Below, piece after piece: positions 23,868 to 36,248 of a stretch of DNA of 64,000 nucleotides (position 1 is its first letter; the number at the start of each line of letters is the position of its first letter). This stretch comes from Phoronis australis (Eukaryota > Animalia > Phoronida). Both the position numbers and the translations under genes were made by a program. Below the pieces are notes generated by a model. It saw only the letters and a program-made list of their open reading frames with translations, was not told where the DNA came from and ran no database searches. The stretch spans positions 587,435 to 651,434 of the forward strand of contig NMRA01000227.1 of NCBI GenBank assembly GCA_002633005.1. Direction: 5' to 3'.

Positions 23868-25936
23868 TTTCCCAAGTTGACGCTATGTTACGAATATAAC
23901 GATATCTAAAATGCTTATTCAAGCGGGTTGTGGGAGCGCGTCAAGAGACAAGGAGGAGTTTAACTATTTTATTTCAGTCAGCGTTTTAATCTCAAGAGAT
24001 GATGTTAACTCATCAGAATTCCAAAGAAATTATTCATATAAGACCAAAAAGCTACAATGAGGGTAGCCCCATAAGTTCTCACTGCTTTCCGTAGGCCTCC
24101 AGTAAAAACATACACAGACAGTAAGACAAACAAACAGTATTACAAAGTGAAAGACAAGATTTAAGTGATCAATGATGAATATGAAATTAGCATGAAAAAC
24201 TGATGAAACAAAAAATAATAAAAAACAATAAATAGAAGATACCAAAAGTATGGCCTGTGGTAGCTTTGGAAAATGATGTGTCGATTCTAGTTGAGTGGTG
24301 CAACAATGCATTTTTTTCAAAAACCATCTGATATCCGTTAAAAAGGTGCGGCAAAGTCTTTCTTGTTTTATATGCACTCACCTGTTTTATCCATTGTTGC
24401 AGAGACGCGAGTAGAGTCATGGTTACTTATATACATTAGTGTGAACTTTAATGTTGTTGCTAGAGTGAAAGTAACACATTGCATTCTTAGTTAGGCTTTC
24501 TTACTTATAGACAGACATGCATTAAAGAACTTATCTCAACGGGTTAATCTATCCGTGCAAACACTTGTAAATATAAACCAATCAATGTAAGCAATATATA
24601 ACATGGATAGTGCTTTCCTGTGTTCTGTTATTAAACTATACAAGCACAAGCCTTTTCGTACACAGTTTTGTGCCTCAGCCAAATCTCCAGTCTAGGGCCT
24701 ATTTCCGTGGTCTGAGGACCTGTTGTCCGAAAAAACCTATTGATACCACATGGATGTAAAATCGTTGTTATATAAAACGATAGAGAACAGTAACAATATA
24801 TACATGCGTAGAAACACACACTTAGCTAAGCAAATAAATAAACGAGTTGTTTTTCGAAAGGTAAACAGACCTGTTGTTAGTACGGTTTAAACTTTCATTT
24901 AACGGTAGAATAAACACTCAGAAATGTCACGTCTTTCCACAAAATATTGTAAAATGATTTAACACTAAAATATCACCTTGAAATACTCCTATCAGTGACA
25001 ATAAGACTGGGGATGAAAAGGTGTCACAGGTCAGACTATTCCAAGCATTCAGCCATGTCCACGGGAAGGTGCGTATTGACCAGTGTAACAGACGGATTTC
25101 TTGATTAATTTTGCAAAGAAATCGCTGGTTGTCCAGAACCAAATCTCAAAAAACTCGTTCGATAATTCCATTATAAACAAAAACGATCACTGGACCAAAA
25201 CTCTGACTAGCAGACAAAACGCAGTGTAAGTTATAGCAGCCAGTCCCGCGAAATCTCGGGGTAGCAAGCTCTAAGTCTAACACAAGAATGCATGGGTCAG
25301 GACCGGCAGTTGGCATTCCACTTCTACAGTTCACGGCACAAAATAAACATTTTGATCGGTTGTTTCGCACATGCGCCTTAGCTTTCACGGGTTAGGCCAG
25401 AGACCGTAGAGATCTAAAAGATAATTATATTTACTATTATTTACTAATTTTATTATTGTTTTTTTATCATATATTTGATATTCTTGATTATTTATTATTG
25501 TTTATTTGCTATTACTTATTTAAATTATTTCTTGTGATCCCATACAGTCAACATCCTGGCTGTCGTTGATCAATAATCTGTATAATATGATCATGATATG
25601 TACTTCAGTGCATAATAACTATTATGTTTATGGTTTGGTAACCTACTTGATTATTTGCCATAGGAAGTGGTGAAGGAAGTGTTCTTTTAAAGGCACATTT
25701 AGCCATACATCTGTGGACACTTCGGTGGTATGTGTATTACCTTGGAAACTTGTAAAACTTCAGTGACGATGTTGTTTGTTTAGATTTTTGTTTTGACATG
25801 GGTTTTAAAACATCAAGTCAAGAAATAAGGCGTCGTTATGTTATTTACTATGAAGTTGGCCTGCCAACGCAGGCTGAATATGCCTTTAACTAACTGCTGA
25901 TAGTTGATTTAAAAATGTGAGTGATTTATGAGAGCT

Positions 25937-26201
25937 NNNNNNNNNNNNNNNNNNNNNNNNNNNNNNNNNNNNNNNNNNNNNNNNNNNNNNNNNNNNNNNN
26001 NNNNNNNNNNNNNNNNNNNNNNNNNNNNNNNNNNNNNNNNNNNNNNNNNNNNNNNNNNNNNNNNNNNNNNNNNNNNNNNNNNNNNNNNNNNNNNNNNNNN
26101 NNNNNNNNNNNNNNNNNNNNNNNNNNNNNNNNNNNNNNNNNNNNNNNNNNNNNNNNNNNNNNNNNNNNNNNNNNNNNNNNNNNNNNNNNNNNNNNNNNNN
26201 N
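25937..26201. other. Assembly gap (N run)
   Basis: Run of n characters. Confidence 0.99.
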
Positions 26202-26227
26202 AAAAGATTTACCAACTCAGTTGAGTA

Positions 26228-26385
26228 CAGGCAGATCCAGGGTGGCAGGTTAAAGGGGTCTGGACCCCCCATTTTCCTTGATTGTAGTGATATCAATGCT
26301 AGAATTTTCAAATTGTTGACTTGGGCCACCTTTCTTAAAAATCATTATCCGACCCCCCCTTTAAAAAATCCTGGATATGACCCTG
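26228..26385. mobile_element. Degenerate short CAG-terminal MITE
   Basis: CAGGCAGATCCAGG...CCTGGATATGACCCTG with G/C runs like family B; no TSD. Confidence 0.45.
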
Positions 26386-29135
26386 TTGGGTCGATATTTG
26401 GGACAGTTTCATGTAAATGGGCAGACACAAATGCTTGAATCTAGAACGTCTTTAAGATCTGAATTTTCGAAAGAAAGATCTACTAATTTCTCCATTTTAT
26501 TTTAAAACAAAGTTTGTGTGTTAAAAGCTTACATAATTAATTGTTAATTAATTGATATTAACACCTGGAATATTGGGGGAAGAAAGCTATCTCTGCCCCC
26601 AACCTTTCAATTGGTTGAGGGGCAGCCCCCTCTCCTATCTCTTCTTCAGCAGATCCATTTGATGTTTATTACATTCCTGACCCCCCCTGGACAAAATCCT
26701 ACAGGTTCGGTACCTGCACATTCTCCAATAACCTACTTTCATCAGCTCAGCTCTTATTACTGAGTCTCCCTCTTGCTTATGATTTATTTCTCGTAATTTA
26801 TATTACCTTTGCTGCCCAATTTTTTTCTTGGTTTACTCTATATTTTGCCTATGTGTATTTTTCCATTACAGTGCTCGTGTTTTTTGTTTTCAATATTTTA
26901 AACAAAGACACTTCACTGACAATTTGGAATTTGGCAAACTAAGATCGGCCATAGTGAATGCCTTGCGTACTTCGTTGACCCACACACACACGCTAGATGT
27001 CGCCACGGTCCATGACACAATAATGGCGGCGGCCTTGGTGAATAGTCTTGTTAGCGTCTTTGGTTAGGCACATGCGTGCGCCATCTGTAGATAAAGAGTG
27101 ACACGAAAGTTCGGTCAAAAAGCATATTTGGTTCTGAACTGCTTCCGCCTCCTTTTTGAACATAAACTGCGCACGCCCGCATAATTTTTGCCAAAACTAT
27201 AAATTATCTCAGTTTCAAAAGCCGTTCAAGTGCTTCCATGTAAAGTTTTAACCGTAGTGGCTCATCCACTCAACTATAATCACTGCCTTAATGACCTCAT
27301 ATATGGATAGACTAGAGAATCAATTTTAATCAATCGCAATGTATCTGTACGACCCACAGTTGCCATATATGCAGACTTCTTCTCTGTGGTATTTCAGTGT
27401 CAGCTATTGTCGGCAACTACCGAAATGGTAGCTTGCCTACTTGCCACGAAAAATCTAACGGAAACGGTGAAATCTAACTCTATCCCATCATTCAACATTT
27501 CAACTTCACCGACTAATCACTTCAGTGGCCATCATTTTCCTTAGATAAGCTAGTAAATTCTCGCGGATACTTTCGAGGTGGCACTCAATATTCATTTTTT
27601 TGAGACACGGCTCAGTTTTCCTCTCGCTTCAGTTTGCCTCCTCTCGCTTCAGTTTGTCTCCGGCTTCAGTTGTCCTGTGCTGTATGCGAAGAGAACGAAT
27701 GGCATTTGCTAGATGTTTGAGTCTGTTCTGAGTGAAAGATTGTCAAGTGTTGACCCCTTGGCCCACTTTTTGTTCAGCCGTGCCTATTCTTAAACCTTCA
27801 CTGCTCATGGATGCGGAAGTTGAAACCTAGCAGGAAATTCAGGTACCCTTCAGCCGGACTCTTTGGAGTTGTGAAAATCTGGCTGGTCCGTCGACATCCA
27901 CTTTTCACCCGGAATCTGAAAATTTTATCAGTCAGAACGCACTGACTGTCTCTTAGTTCTTAGTAATCGCATGCAGTGGTGGCCTTGGAGCGAAAACTAC
28001 AGCCGGATTCAGCATATAATTATTTGTTCGTTTTTTCAAGTAGCCGGCTGCACTTCCGGTAGTCGTAAAGGGTGGAAAAATTAAGTTTGAACTCAATTTC
28101 AAAAGACTATGTGCAAGGTTTTTGAAGTTATTGGTCCACTATACTCTTCAAATTTTCAGGTTTTATACATCCTGTGGAACGGACTGTTGGAGCTAACTCG
28201 ACCTGATTTTTCAAGAACTGTCAGCAAAAACTGTTCAGTGCCACCTGAATAATTGGCCTTTCACTAGCGTGATTTCATAAGATTTTCGGGATCTCACTTT
28301 TCTCGCAAGAAATGTGGTTGACCGAACGATAATCTGTTGTAGTACGCTTGCATGGGACTTAAGCCACAGTTGCTTTGCACTTGTGGAACTTGACAACCAA
28401 CGGAAACTATGCTGGGGCGTAGCCTAAATGGGTTTGTCTCGGGATTATCCATTTCTTTCACGATACGAATTCAAGAAGGTCTATTGAAACTCCATTAATT
28501 TGTGCGTCCCATGCTTAAAAATTCTTGTCAAATCGATTAGGCATGAACATAATACCAAAAAGACGAACAACTGGGGATATAGATTTTGAGAGAAAACTGA
28601 TATTGAAAACGAGTCTTTGCTTTTGTTCTGCATTTATTATTTTCATAAAAATGTCGTTTAGTTTAGTGACAGGTACTTAAAGATAGGTCAAAATTGAAGG
28701 AGTATAATGTACGCTTACACGTAACAATTATCTATCACGTTCACATCCTACAGGTAAGCAGTGATCACCAATGCTACCAACTATACAGTTAAAAAAACAA
28801 GACAGATTCATAAACCACAAGTGACCTTATCGCATGTCATGACCTACGTTAGTCGTGTCCCTACCTAATTTAAATAAAGATATGAACAACTTAGTGTATA
28901 TGAGGGCTTAACAACGTCATAAGTTACACTGGTATGCAGCTGTTGTATGTCCTCACGAGATGACTTGTTTAAAGAACTCGTAATAATCATTTGTGAAATA
29001 CAACGTATAACCAACGAAACGAATAATAATAAGCGTGATTGTCGTATGGAAATGAATTACAAAAACGCATGTAATATAAGTCGATGTTTTAGTTTGTTTA
29101 TAATTTCAAAAGAAAAATTGAATTTCCAGCGATAT

Positions 29136-30269
29136 TTACGTGCCATTGTTATTGTTCGCCTTGACGAACTTTGAGTGACTATGAGAAAGGGAGTTGAGCG
29201 ACGAGATAGACACCATCTGCACGGCTCCTTTCTCTCCCATGGGGTTGTTGCTGATGGAGTTATCGGTAGATCCCAAATCTGAGCGGCTTCCTGCGTTACC
29301 ATTCGAGTTTGTCTTTCTCTTCTTACATGCACAACTTATGGTCAACACATTGGCTACAAAAATAAACAAGCCTTGAAGGCTCAAGAATCCTATAAAGATG
29401 TATTCGATGAAATCTTGAGGAAAAAATCCATACAGTACTGCGAGACCCCAGGTGACTGCGTTGAAAATAAGAAGGACGGTAAATGTGACGATTCCTCGCT
29501 CGCGTCCAGTTTTGGCTGCGGTGATGTTGTGCTTAAGGCTAGTATTCAGTTTTTTTACCGAATAGATGTAAATAAATGTATTGAGGAAAAGAACAACTGC
29601 CAGTGGGGCGCAGATAAAAGTGGACACAAAATATGGATTCGTCATGTCAATACCACACGTCCAATAATTTGGTTTGAATAGGTCAAAATTAGCGCTCCAT
29701 GTACGGTCTTTATCAAAGTAGAAGATAATAGGTATTCCAACAATGAAGGACGGAATTGCAGTGGCGTAAAACGCATACATGACGTACGCTGTCAATTCTT
29801 TCATCTGACCGAAGAAACTGTAGGAAAACGCTCTCATTGTATCCAAGGCAATAACGTTTAACCATAGAAATGATACTAAAAAACCCCATTGACTTGCAAT
29901 GCCTACTGCAAAGCAGGGCCAATGATATGACGATAGGTACTTTCCAGCCAGATATCCTCCTTGGCCAATAAACATGGCACCGACCAGAGAGAACTGCTGC
30001 CAGCCATAAGACCTCCGGTACACGGGCACACAGCCTTGGATTAACAGCCTCACAAAGAGGCACACAATTGACAGTCCCACAGAGCACGTGATTATCAGTC
30101 CTTTAACTGTATTTAGATATGGCGGCACATCAGGTCCAAACAACCCCCTGAAGGTTTTATTGCTGTTCTCACTTTCGGAGGTTTTGCTTCCCGTCGACAC
30201 ATTTCCCACGACAATTCCGCTGGTGCTGCAAACTAGACAAAGTACGACTGTACGTAGCATCAAGCTCAT
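29136..30269 (-). CDS. Class B/Methuselah-like GPCR with very short ectodomain, 377 aa, single coding exon
   Basis: First ATG at 30269 gives signal peptide MSLMLRTVVLCLVCSTSG; 7 TM with SIVCLFVRL, QWGFLVSFLWLN, VTWGLA, SLQGLFIF; paralogous to the 7TM of 21540-23867. Confidence 0.88.
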   Translation of the reverse strand: MSLMLRTVVLCLVCSTSGIVVGNVSTGSKTSESENSNKTFRGLFGPDVPPYLNTVKGLIITCSVGLSIVCLFVRLLIQGCVPVYRRSYGWQQFSLVGAMFIGQGGYLAGKYLSSYHWPCFAVGIASQWGFLVSFLWLNVIALDTMRAFSYSFFGQMKELTAYVMYAFYATAIPSFIVGIPIIFYFDKDRTWSANFDLFKPNYWTCGIDMTNPYFVSTFICAPLAVVLFLNTFIYIYSVKKLNTSLKHNITAAKTGRERGIVTFTVLLIFNAVTWGLAVLYGFFPQDFIEYIFIGFLSLQGLFIFVANVLTISCACKKRKTNSNGNAGSRSDLGSTDNSISNNPMGEKGAVQMVSISSLNSLSHSHSKFVKANNNNGT

Positions 30270-32423
30270 CTTGTGATCAATGAATTTGTCTTGGTACGAC
30301 CTTGGAGAATTCTCGACAATATCCAATATCAAAGATCCTGTTGGTACTAATATCAAGTGTCCTAATCGTTTACGGAATTTCAGATTACCCTGCTACTGGT
30401 ACCTAGGTAACTGGACGGTCTCACGGAGTAGGTACTTTACTTGCTCTCAGCTCTGTTAGGTAATGCACACAGCGACAGAATAGTCCACAATATACACAGG
30501 TAGATAAACGTCTGTGAACTTTCTTGGTTATGATTCAATCCTTTCAATAGCAAGCCAGACCATTGTTATGTTTGAATAGCTTTTCTAACTACGATGAAGT
30601 AACTATCCTAAGGTATATATATAGTCGTGACCGCTTCTTCCACTTTTGCAATGTCGACCTACTGAAGCGAAAGACATTGACCTCAGTGGAAAGTGTAGTT
30701 GTCAGTAAAACGTACTAAAGTCAAAATAGCGTGGACCCGCATGCTTGTTATTATTTCCTGTTATATACACAAAGGTGTCTCAATTGCTCATACGAAACAC
30801 AACGCCATTCACTAGCCACACCCGCCATTTCTGCACTACGTAGTCTTGTTGTTATTTTGTGTTGCCGTTTACTCTAAAAATAATTGTCTAAGTTATAACT
30901 CATAAAAATAACCATTAAGATTATGCAGGATCTCATCAACAACTCTGTCCATTTAGCCAAATGTCTACAACGGTGTATTGTCCGAAAGTACAAATTCAGT
31001 ACAATTTGTTTTTGTAATGTTTTACCAATCTGCCACTAATTAGGTCAAGTGACTATGCTTGGTTTTACAAAAACAGTAAAAAAAAAGAAAGTAATGTCCT
31101 TAGAAAAACAACAGGATCAATAACGTGACCAAATTTTGTATGATATAAATGCTCAAGATAAAATATCAGTTTTGTAACATATTGTTTTTGTTTATTCAAC
31201 TTAAAATGTCCATAAAAACTCTAAAAGTCCTATATTTGACAGCCACTCATGCAAAAATGAAAGTTTTTAAAACAAATCCTTACAGCGACATGGAGAACAG
31301 TGAATAAAACATTTCATATGAAAATTTCATACTCTGAGTTGGACAAATTTGGACGAGGGCCCTGCATAACCTTACAATTTTATTTATCCTGCATACCCAT
31401 ACTACATACATGGTCTTTGAGAAGACGGGGCCAGATTACTGCATACAAGCAGGAAGAGACTCTTCCTGATACAAGGAGCCAGAGCAACTGTGAAATCCCT
31501 CTAGGGGGAGTAAGTAGCGAACTATACTTTTGGCTGGGAGTAAGAGATTACGCACAATTAAAAGGCACGAATTTATTGGGATCTTCTATGAAAAATCATA
31601 TTTTTGTAGAGAAACTTTCTCCGTAAAATATCTATCATTTTAGAAAAAAACGGTTATCGTTCAATTAGTCTACAAATCCTCAAATATATGGGCCAAAATG
31701 GGAGGATTCATTGCTGAGTCGACTTTGGCGTGACATTCGTCTGCAAAGTCAAGTTACTCGACTAGTGATTGGTCTAAACGGCTAATTGCATTTCAACTTA
31801 ACTAAACACAAAAATCCATAAGTAGGATAGGATTTGTATTTTCACAATATGCTAGACCCCCATGTCGACCTCAACAGTTGTTTTGATCATAAACAGGAGT
31901 TTTGATTTGCGTCAGCACCTGACTACACTGTGAGGGCCTCGAGCTTGCGGTAATTTCTATGCCCCGGTTGGCCCACATGGATGCTAAGTAATGCGCTGTA
32001 CCCCTGTAAAACAATACATTAAAATTGAACTACTAAAAAGCCTTCGGACTGTATTATTTACTAACACTTTCTGTTACATTGACTACAGACCCTTTTGTAA
32101 AGCCTCCAACGCGTACGAGAAGTGAACCCTTCAATAGGCAATTTAATAGAAGATGCAATCTTTAGAAGAAACAGAACACATGTCTACAGTAGAATAGAAC
32201 GGAATAAAGAACCTTTATTTCAGAAAGTACTGACGTTCATATCAAAGATACAATAATAAAATATTCTAATCAAGGGTCTGTCGCCTCTGACATTTAATAA
32301 AATCTAGACTCTATAAAACATAGACACAGAAACGATGTGTCTTTGAAAACAAAAGTACACAACTGGGATTACAACTTTGTATAGAAAAGTTGAGGCAGGG
32401 TACACGTTTTTTGTGACCCCTGA

Positions 32424-32583
32424 CAGAGGCGGATCCAGGATTTTGAGTTAGGGGGGCCAGGGCAGAGTATTAGCCAGGATTTTGCCGTTAGACATTCGCA
32501 GACCCGAACTGCCAAATGAAATGTGGGAGAATTTTAGGGGGGGGGGGCATGGCTTCCTTGGCCCCCCTCTAAATCCGCCACTG
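32424..32583 (+). mobile_element. Short MITE family B copy 2
   Basis: CAGAGGCGGATCCAGGATTTTGAG...CTAAATCCGCCACTG; similar throughout to 7453-7611. Confidence 0.8.
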
Positions 32584-33517
32584 CATTTGCGAAAATATTT
32601 CATAAAATAAAAAGTTTGAAAACTATCAATGTGGGCTTACGTGGGGAATTTAAACCGGGTTTCGCCTTCATGGGTGACGTCATGCCGCAGCTCAGAGAGT
32701 GAAATCATTAAGATACCCGGGTGGAAAAATGAAATTAATTCGGGGATCTTCGGCTTTCTAGTTCGGCTGATATCAATTACAAACAATGCGCGTATCAGAG
32801 AATATTAGAAGAAAAAATAAATCCACGGCTTTTCAGGTGTCTATGTTCTAGCTAACTAGCTATCTAGCTTAGTCTTTGTAAAGCATGAAGCCGTTTGTCT
32901 GGGCGAAACTCGAGGCAAGAACTAGGCAAAAGTCGACTTTCAGAGTCGTTTACTTTATACACTAAAACTAGATTAACTGCCCATTAAACCACATGAGTTA
33001 TGTTATAAGGTCGGGGCGATACAGATTTTTGAAATTCGATTCGATTCTTTTTAGAACGATTTCGATTATTTTCGATTGAATACATGGTGGTCAAAATAAT
33101 TCATTTTTTCTCAAATATAAGTACTTAACTTACCACTCGTACCAATTCAGCAGCGTCAGCACGAAAAAACAACAATTTCAACAATGTCAATTTTTATTTC
33201 TTTTCATTTTAATTTTTTCATCAGACGAAAATGAGTGTCAACATTTCCTGCTGACAACTCTGCTCGTTGAGCACGCGCTATATTCCCTGTTGTGGAAATT
33301 TAGCCAAAGATTCCAACTAATGAACGATTCCGAGCTGTTTCATTGTTCAATATCTCAATAATACTATTTAAAAGATACAAATAAGTAAAACACTCAGCGG
33401 CAAAAATTGGAAATGAGTGTTACACGAGTCCGCGGAGTAAAAGCTCGATATTGAAGTCAAATATATACACAACCTTGTATTCTTTTAATCTTATAAATCA
33501 TTCTTCTTTATATCGCG

Positions 33518-33629
33518 AGCCCCCACTTATTTCAATGCTGTGCCGCCCATGGCGGCAGGGTGGCACATCATAGATCGAGGGCTGGGAGGGGCTATAGCCC
33601 CCCACTTTTTCAGTGCTGCGCCGCCCATG
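33518..33629. mobile_element. Family D MITE fragments
   Basis: GCCCCCACTT..TGCTG.GCCGCCCATG twice and GGGCTATAGCCC, shared with 18219-18360. Confidence 0.55.
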
Positions 33630-33706
33630 TACTGAATAGAGACTTGGACAACATCCTCGTCTGGAGTCGCCTTCGCAGCACTTAATTCCAAGACAATGCA
33701 ACACAT

Positions 33707-33967
33707 CATGCGCGCACCCGGGGGGGGGGGGCGGGGCGCTCGGAGAGCTCGTTCGAGCCGGCCCCGGTCCCATTTGGCGAAGTGGGTAAAAAGGTCCGTC
33801 TCAGAGAAACAAAAAGACCGAGAAAACAGTCCACTAAGAATACGCAGACGCACAGTTCACAGACCTGAATGTGGTACCCTGTTTTTTTAGTCCTCCCGCT
33901 TTTTGTTAAAGGACCACTTTGTCAGACGGATTCGAGTCCCCCGTATTAAAGGCTGGGTGTGCGCATG
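33707..33967 (+). mobile_element. Complete MITE family C (5-bp TSD CACAT)
   Basis: CATGCGCGCACCCGG...CTGGGTGTGCGCATG inverted termini; CACAT on both sides. Confidence 0.85.
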
Positions 33968-34576
33968 CACATTGAAATTTACTGACAGGTTAGCGATTCT
34001 TTTCCGGATAAGCGGCTAAATTCTTCGAATTGTCTCACAATTTCGTCACGCGCACGTGAGTAGCCCGTTTAAGCCAATATAGGCCTACTGTCATCCCACG
34101 CACCCAATAATGTTACAAAATACTTTGATTTACGGGTCTCAAGTAGAATACAATATCCACTAATATATATCAAATCAAATTTCATCAACGGAAGTGCTAT
34201 ATTTGGTATATTTATTTCGAATGTTGAAGAAATAATGACCTAGTCCATCAAATGACGGCTCAACAAATAGACGACGTTACCATCGAATCGAAATGGACTT
34301 TGGGTATCAATATCGAAAGCAGTGCCAAGATACAATGTTTGCTTCTGATTACTGGACTTCATTTCTTCTACTTTCAGTTACTTTCTAGCATAGCAGTGGC
34401 TATGCTTTCTGCCAATAAATTGTCTCTTTGTCGAACTATTTTTAGCGGACTCCAGGAATGCGACATGTCATTCAGTTCTCAGTGGCGAACTGATTCGTGG
34501 ACGAGACGGTCTCGCCACCTGGTGTTTGGTTTCAAAGTGATTGTGGTCGAATATTGAATATCAAAGAACCCCAAAT

Positions 34577-34641
34577 AGAGAGAGAGAGATAGAGAGAGGG
34601 AGAGGGAGAGGGAGAGGGACAGGGAGAGGGAGAGGGAGAGA
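34577..34641. repeat. (GA)n/(GAGAGG)n purine microsatellite at the 3' end of the LINE
   Basis: Seen directly, abutting the LINE tail. Confidence 0.85.
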
Positions 34642-34643
34642 AA

Positions 34644-35790
34644 TCACTTTTATTTACAGTACATAATAATAATACATTGATTAAAATTTGATTTCAATTA
34701 GGAGGCCTTCTAAAGGTAATTGACGGCTGATAAGAAGGTCCCCTGTACAAGATAAACAAATGGAAAAACAAAAATCAGTAGGAATACTTAAGAAAACAGT
34801 GAATTAGTGCTGAAAACGACCAACACGCCAGAAACCAAGAAGTAATGGCACAGCTCAGGAGATTTTGAGAATACAATTAGATACTGTTACATATGAAGCA
34901 ATTGGAAATATGACAAACTGGATCGTAGTTGCTAATAATAAAATTGGTTAAGAACCTGGAGAATGCTTGCAAAGAATGCGTTTTTATTATATTTAGAGCA
35001 GAGACTGGTATTTCGTTGTTGTTTATAAGTCGAGGAATCTGAAATCTAATACAGGCTCTTGATGACAATTTGTTGGACGGAGGAATTAAAATTTTGTGTT
35101 GTATTGTCGGTATAGTAGCTGAGTATTGACTCAGGTATGTAGGAGTTTTAATGTGTCTGGTTGGCTTATATTGGATGGGTTGTGACTAAAGAAGTTGTTA
35201 GTGTAAAAATACTTAGGAAGCTGATTATTGAGGAATTTGTAGTAAAATTTTGCAGTTGAAATTTTAAAGATGTCTTGAACTAGAGGGAGGAGAAGTTCCT
35301 TACATATGGGCAGAGAGTGAGCATTATAACTGGAATTTGATAAATTCCTAAGTAATCTTTTCTGGGCTGTTTGAAGTTTCTTAGTGTTGCCAAAACCCCA
35401 AGTAGTAACTTAAATGCCATAGTTTAAATGTGGAAGGACAAGTGAATTATATATGAACTTGAGAGCTGGAAGAGGAAGATAAGATTTCAATTTGTATAAG
35501 AGTCCACCGAGATTGTTAAGTTTGTTTGAGATGAGGTTAAAGTGGGGGGACCATGAGAGGTTTTTGTCAACAGCAATACCAAGGAAAGGAAAACTGTTCA
35601 CATGATTTATTGTTTTGCTATTTATATAGATGGTGGAAATAATACATTTTTCAATTTTTCTTTTGGGGGTAGTGGAAGATCGTTAATTTACTTTTTGATG
35701 TGTTAATTGAAAGTTTGTTCACAGAAAACCAGTTTGAAATAGATTTAAGGTTGTCGTTGATGGTGGTTGATTGCTGTAAAGTGTGTTGGG
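34644..35790 (-). mobile_element. 5'-truncated, decayed non-LTR retrotransposon (CR1/L2-group LINE; end of RT and C-terminal region)
   Basis: Minus-strand peptides INDNLKSISNWFSVNKLSINTSK, FLGIAVDKNLSW..H...ISNKL..IYNSLVLPHLNYG, LQTAQKRLLR, terminal CHISNCFIC; stops and frameshifts; AATAAA near the 3' end. Confidence 0.85.
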
Positions 35791-36139
35791 AAGATTCATT
35801 CAGTTTGTAAGGTAGATAGATAACAAAATGCTCTTCGCGTCACCTCTTTGTAGTGCCACTCACATTGCTTACTAACAAAACAGGTTGCATTTAACTGAGA
35901 ATTTTATAATGATGATAGAAAATAATTGTATATATTCTATTTACATTGATGTGGTATAATGTACTCTTGTTTTCTAGTTGCTAACATCCCTAAATAACAT
36001 GGACTCTACCTGAATAACAAACACAAGCTTTGCCGCCGGGATGTCTGTCAAGCAGCGAAGCAGTGATAAATCTGGGTCAACTCTGAGCACTGTTCAACCC
36101 TAAAATGGGTTAAACCTGTACAATTGTCTTTCAGGAATA

Positions 36140-36248
36140 TACCAGCTTCTCAGATTTTGTTAAAGATTTCACGAGTTGATGGTTCCGGGTCTGACAACCG
36201 TAGCTACACCTGGTGGCAACTAGACAAGCGACATGAAATAGTTCACAG
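36140..36248 (+). other. Candidate non-coding first exon of the 49363-53658 gene
   Basis: Strong donor CAG|GTGAGT at 36249 in a CpG-richer zone; T/G-skewed intron-like DNA runs to acceptor TTTTTGCAG at 49273. 5' boundary approximate. Confidence 0.4.

Noticed and set aside
25886-26329. ORFs spanning the N run
   Set aside because: Artefacts of translating the assembly gap.
30270-30356. N-terminal extension of the second GPCR given by the ORF track
   Set aside because: Starts at TTG; the ATG at 30269 directly yields a signal peptide.
31450-31468. Perfect hairpin CAGGAAGAG-A-CTCTTCCTG as a structured RNA or terminator
   Set aside because: Only a 9-bp stem with a 1-nt loop and no recognisable ncRNA or ribozyme core nearby.
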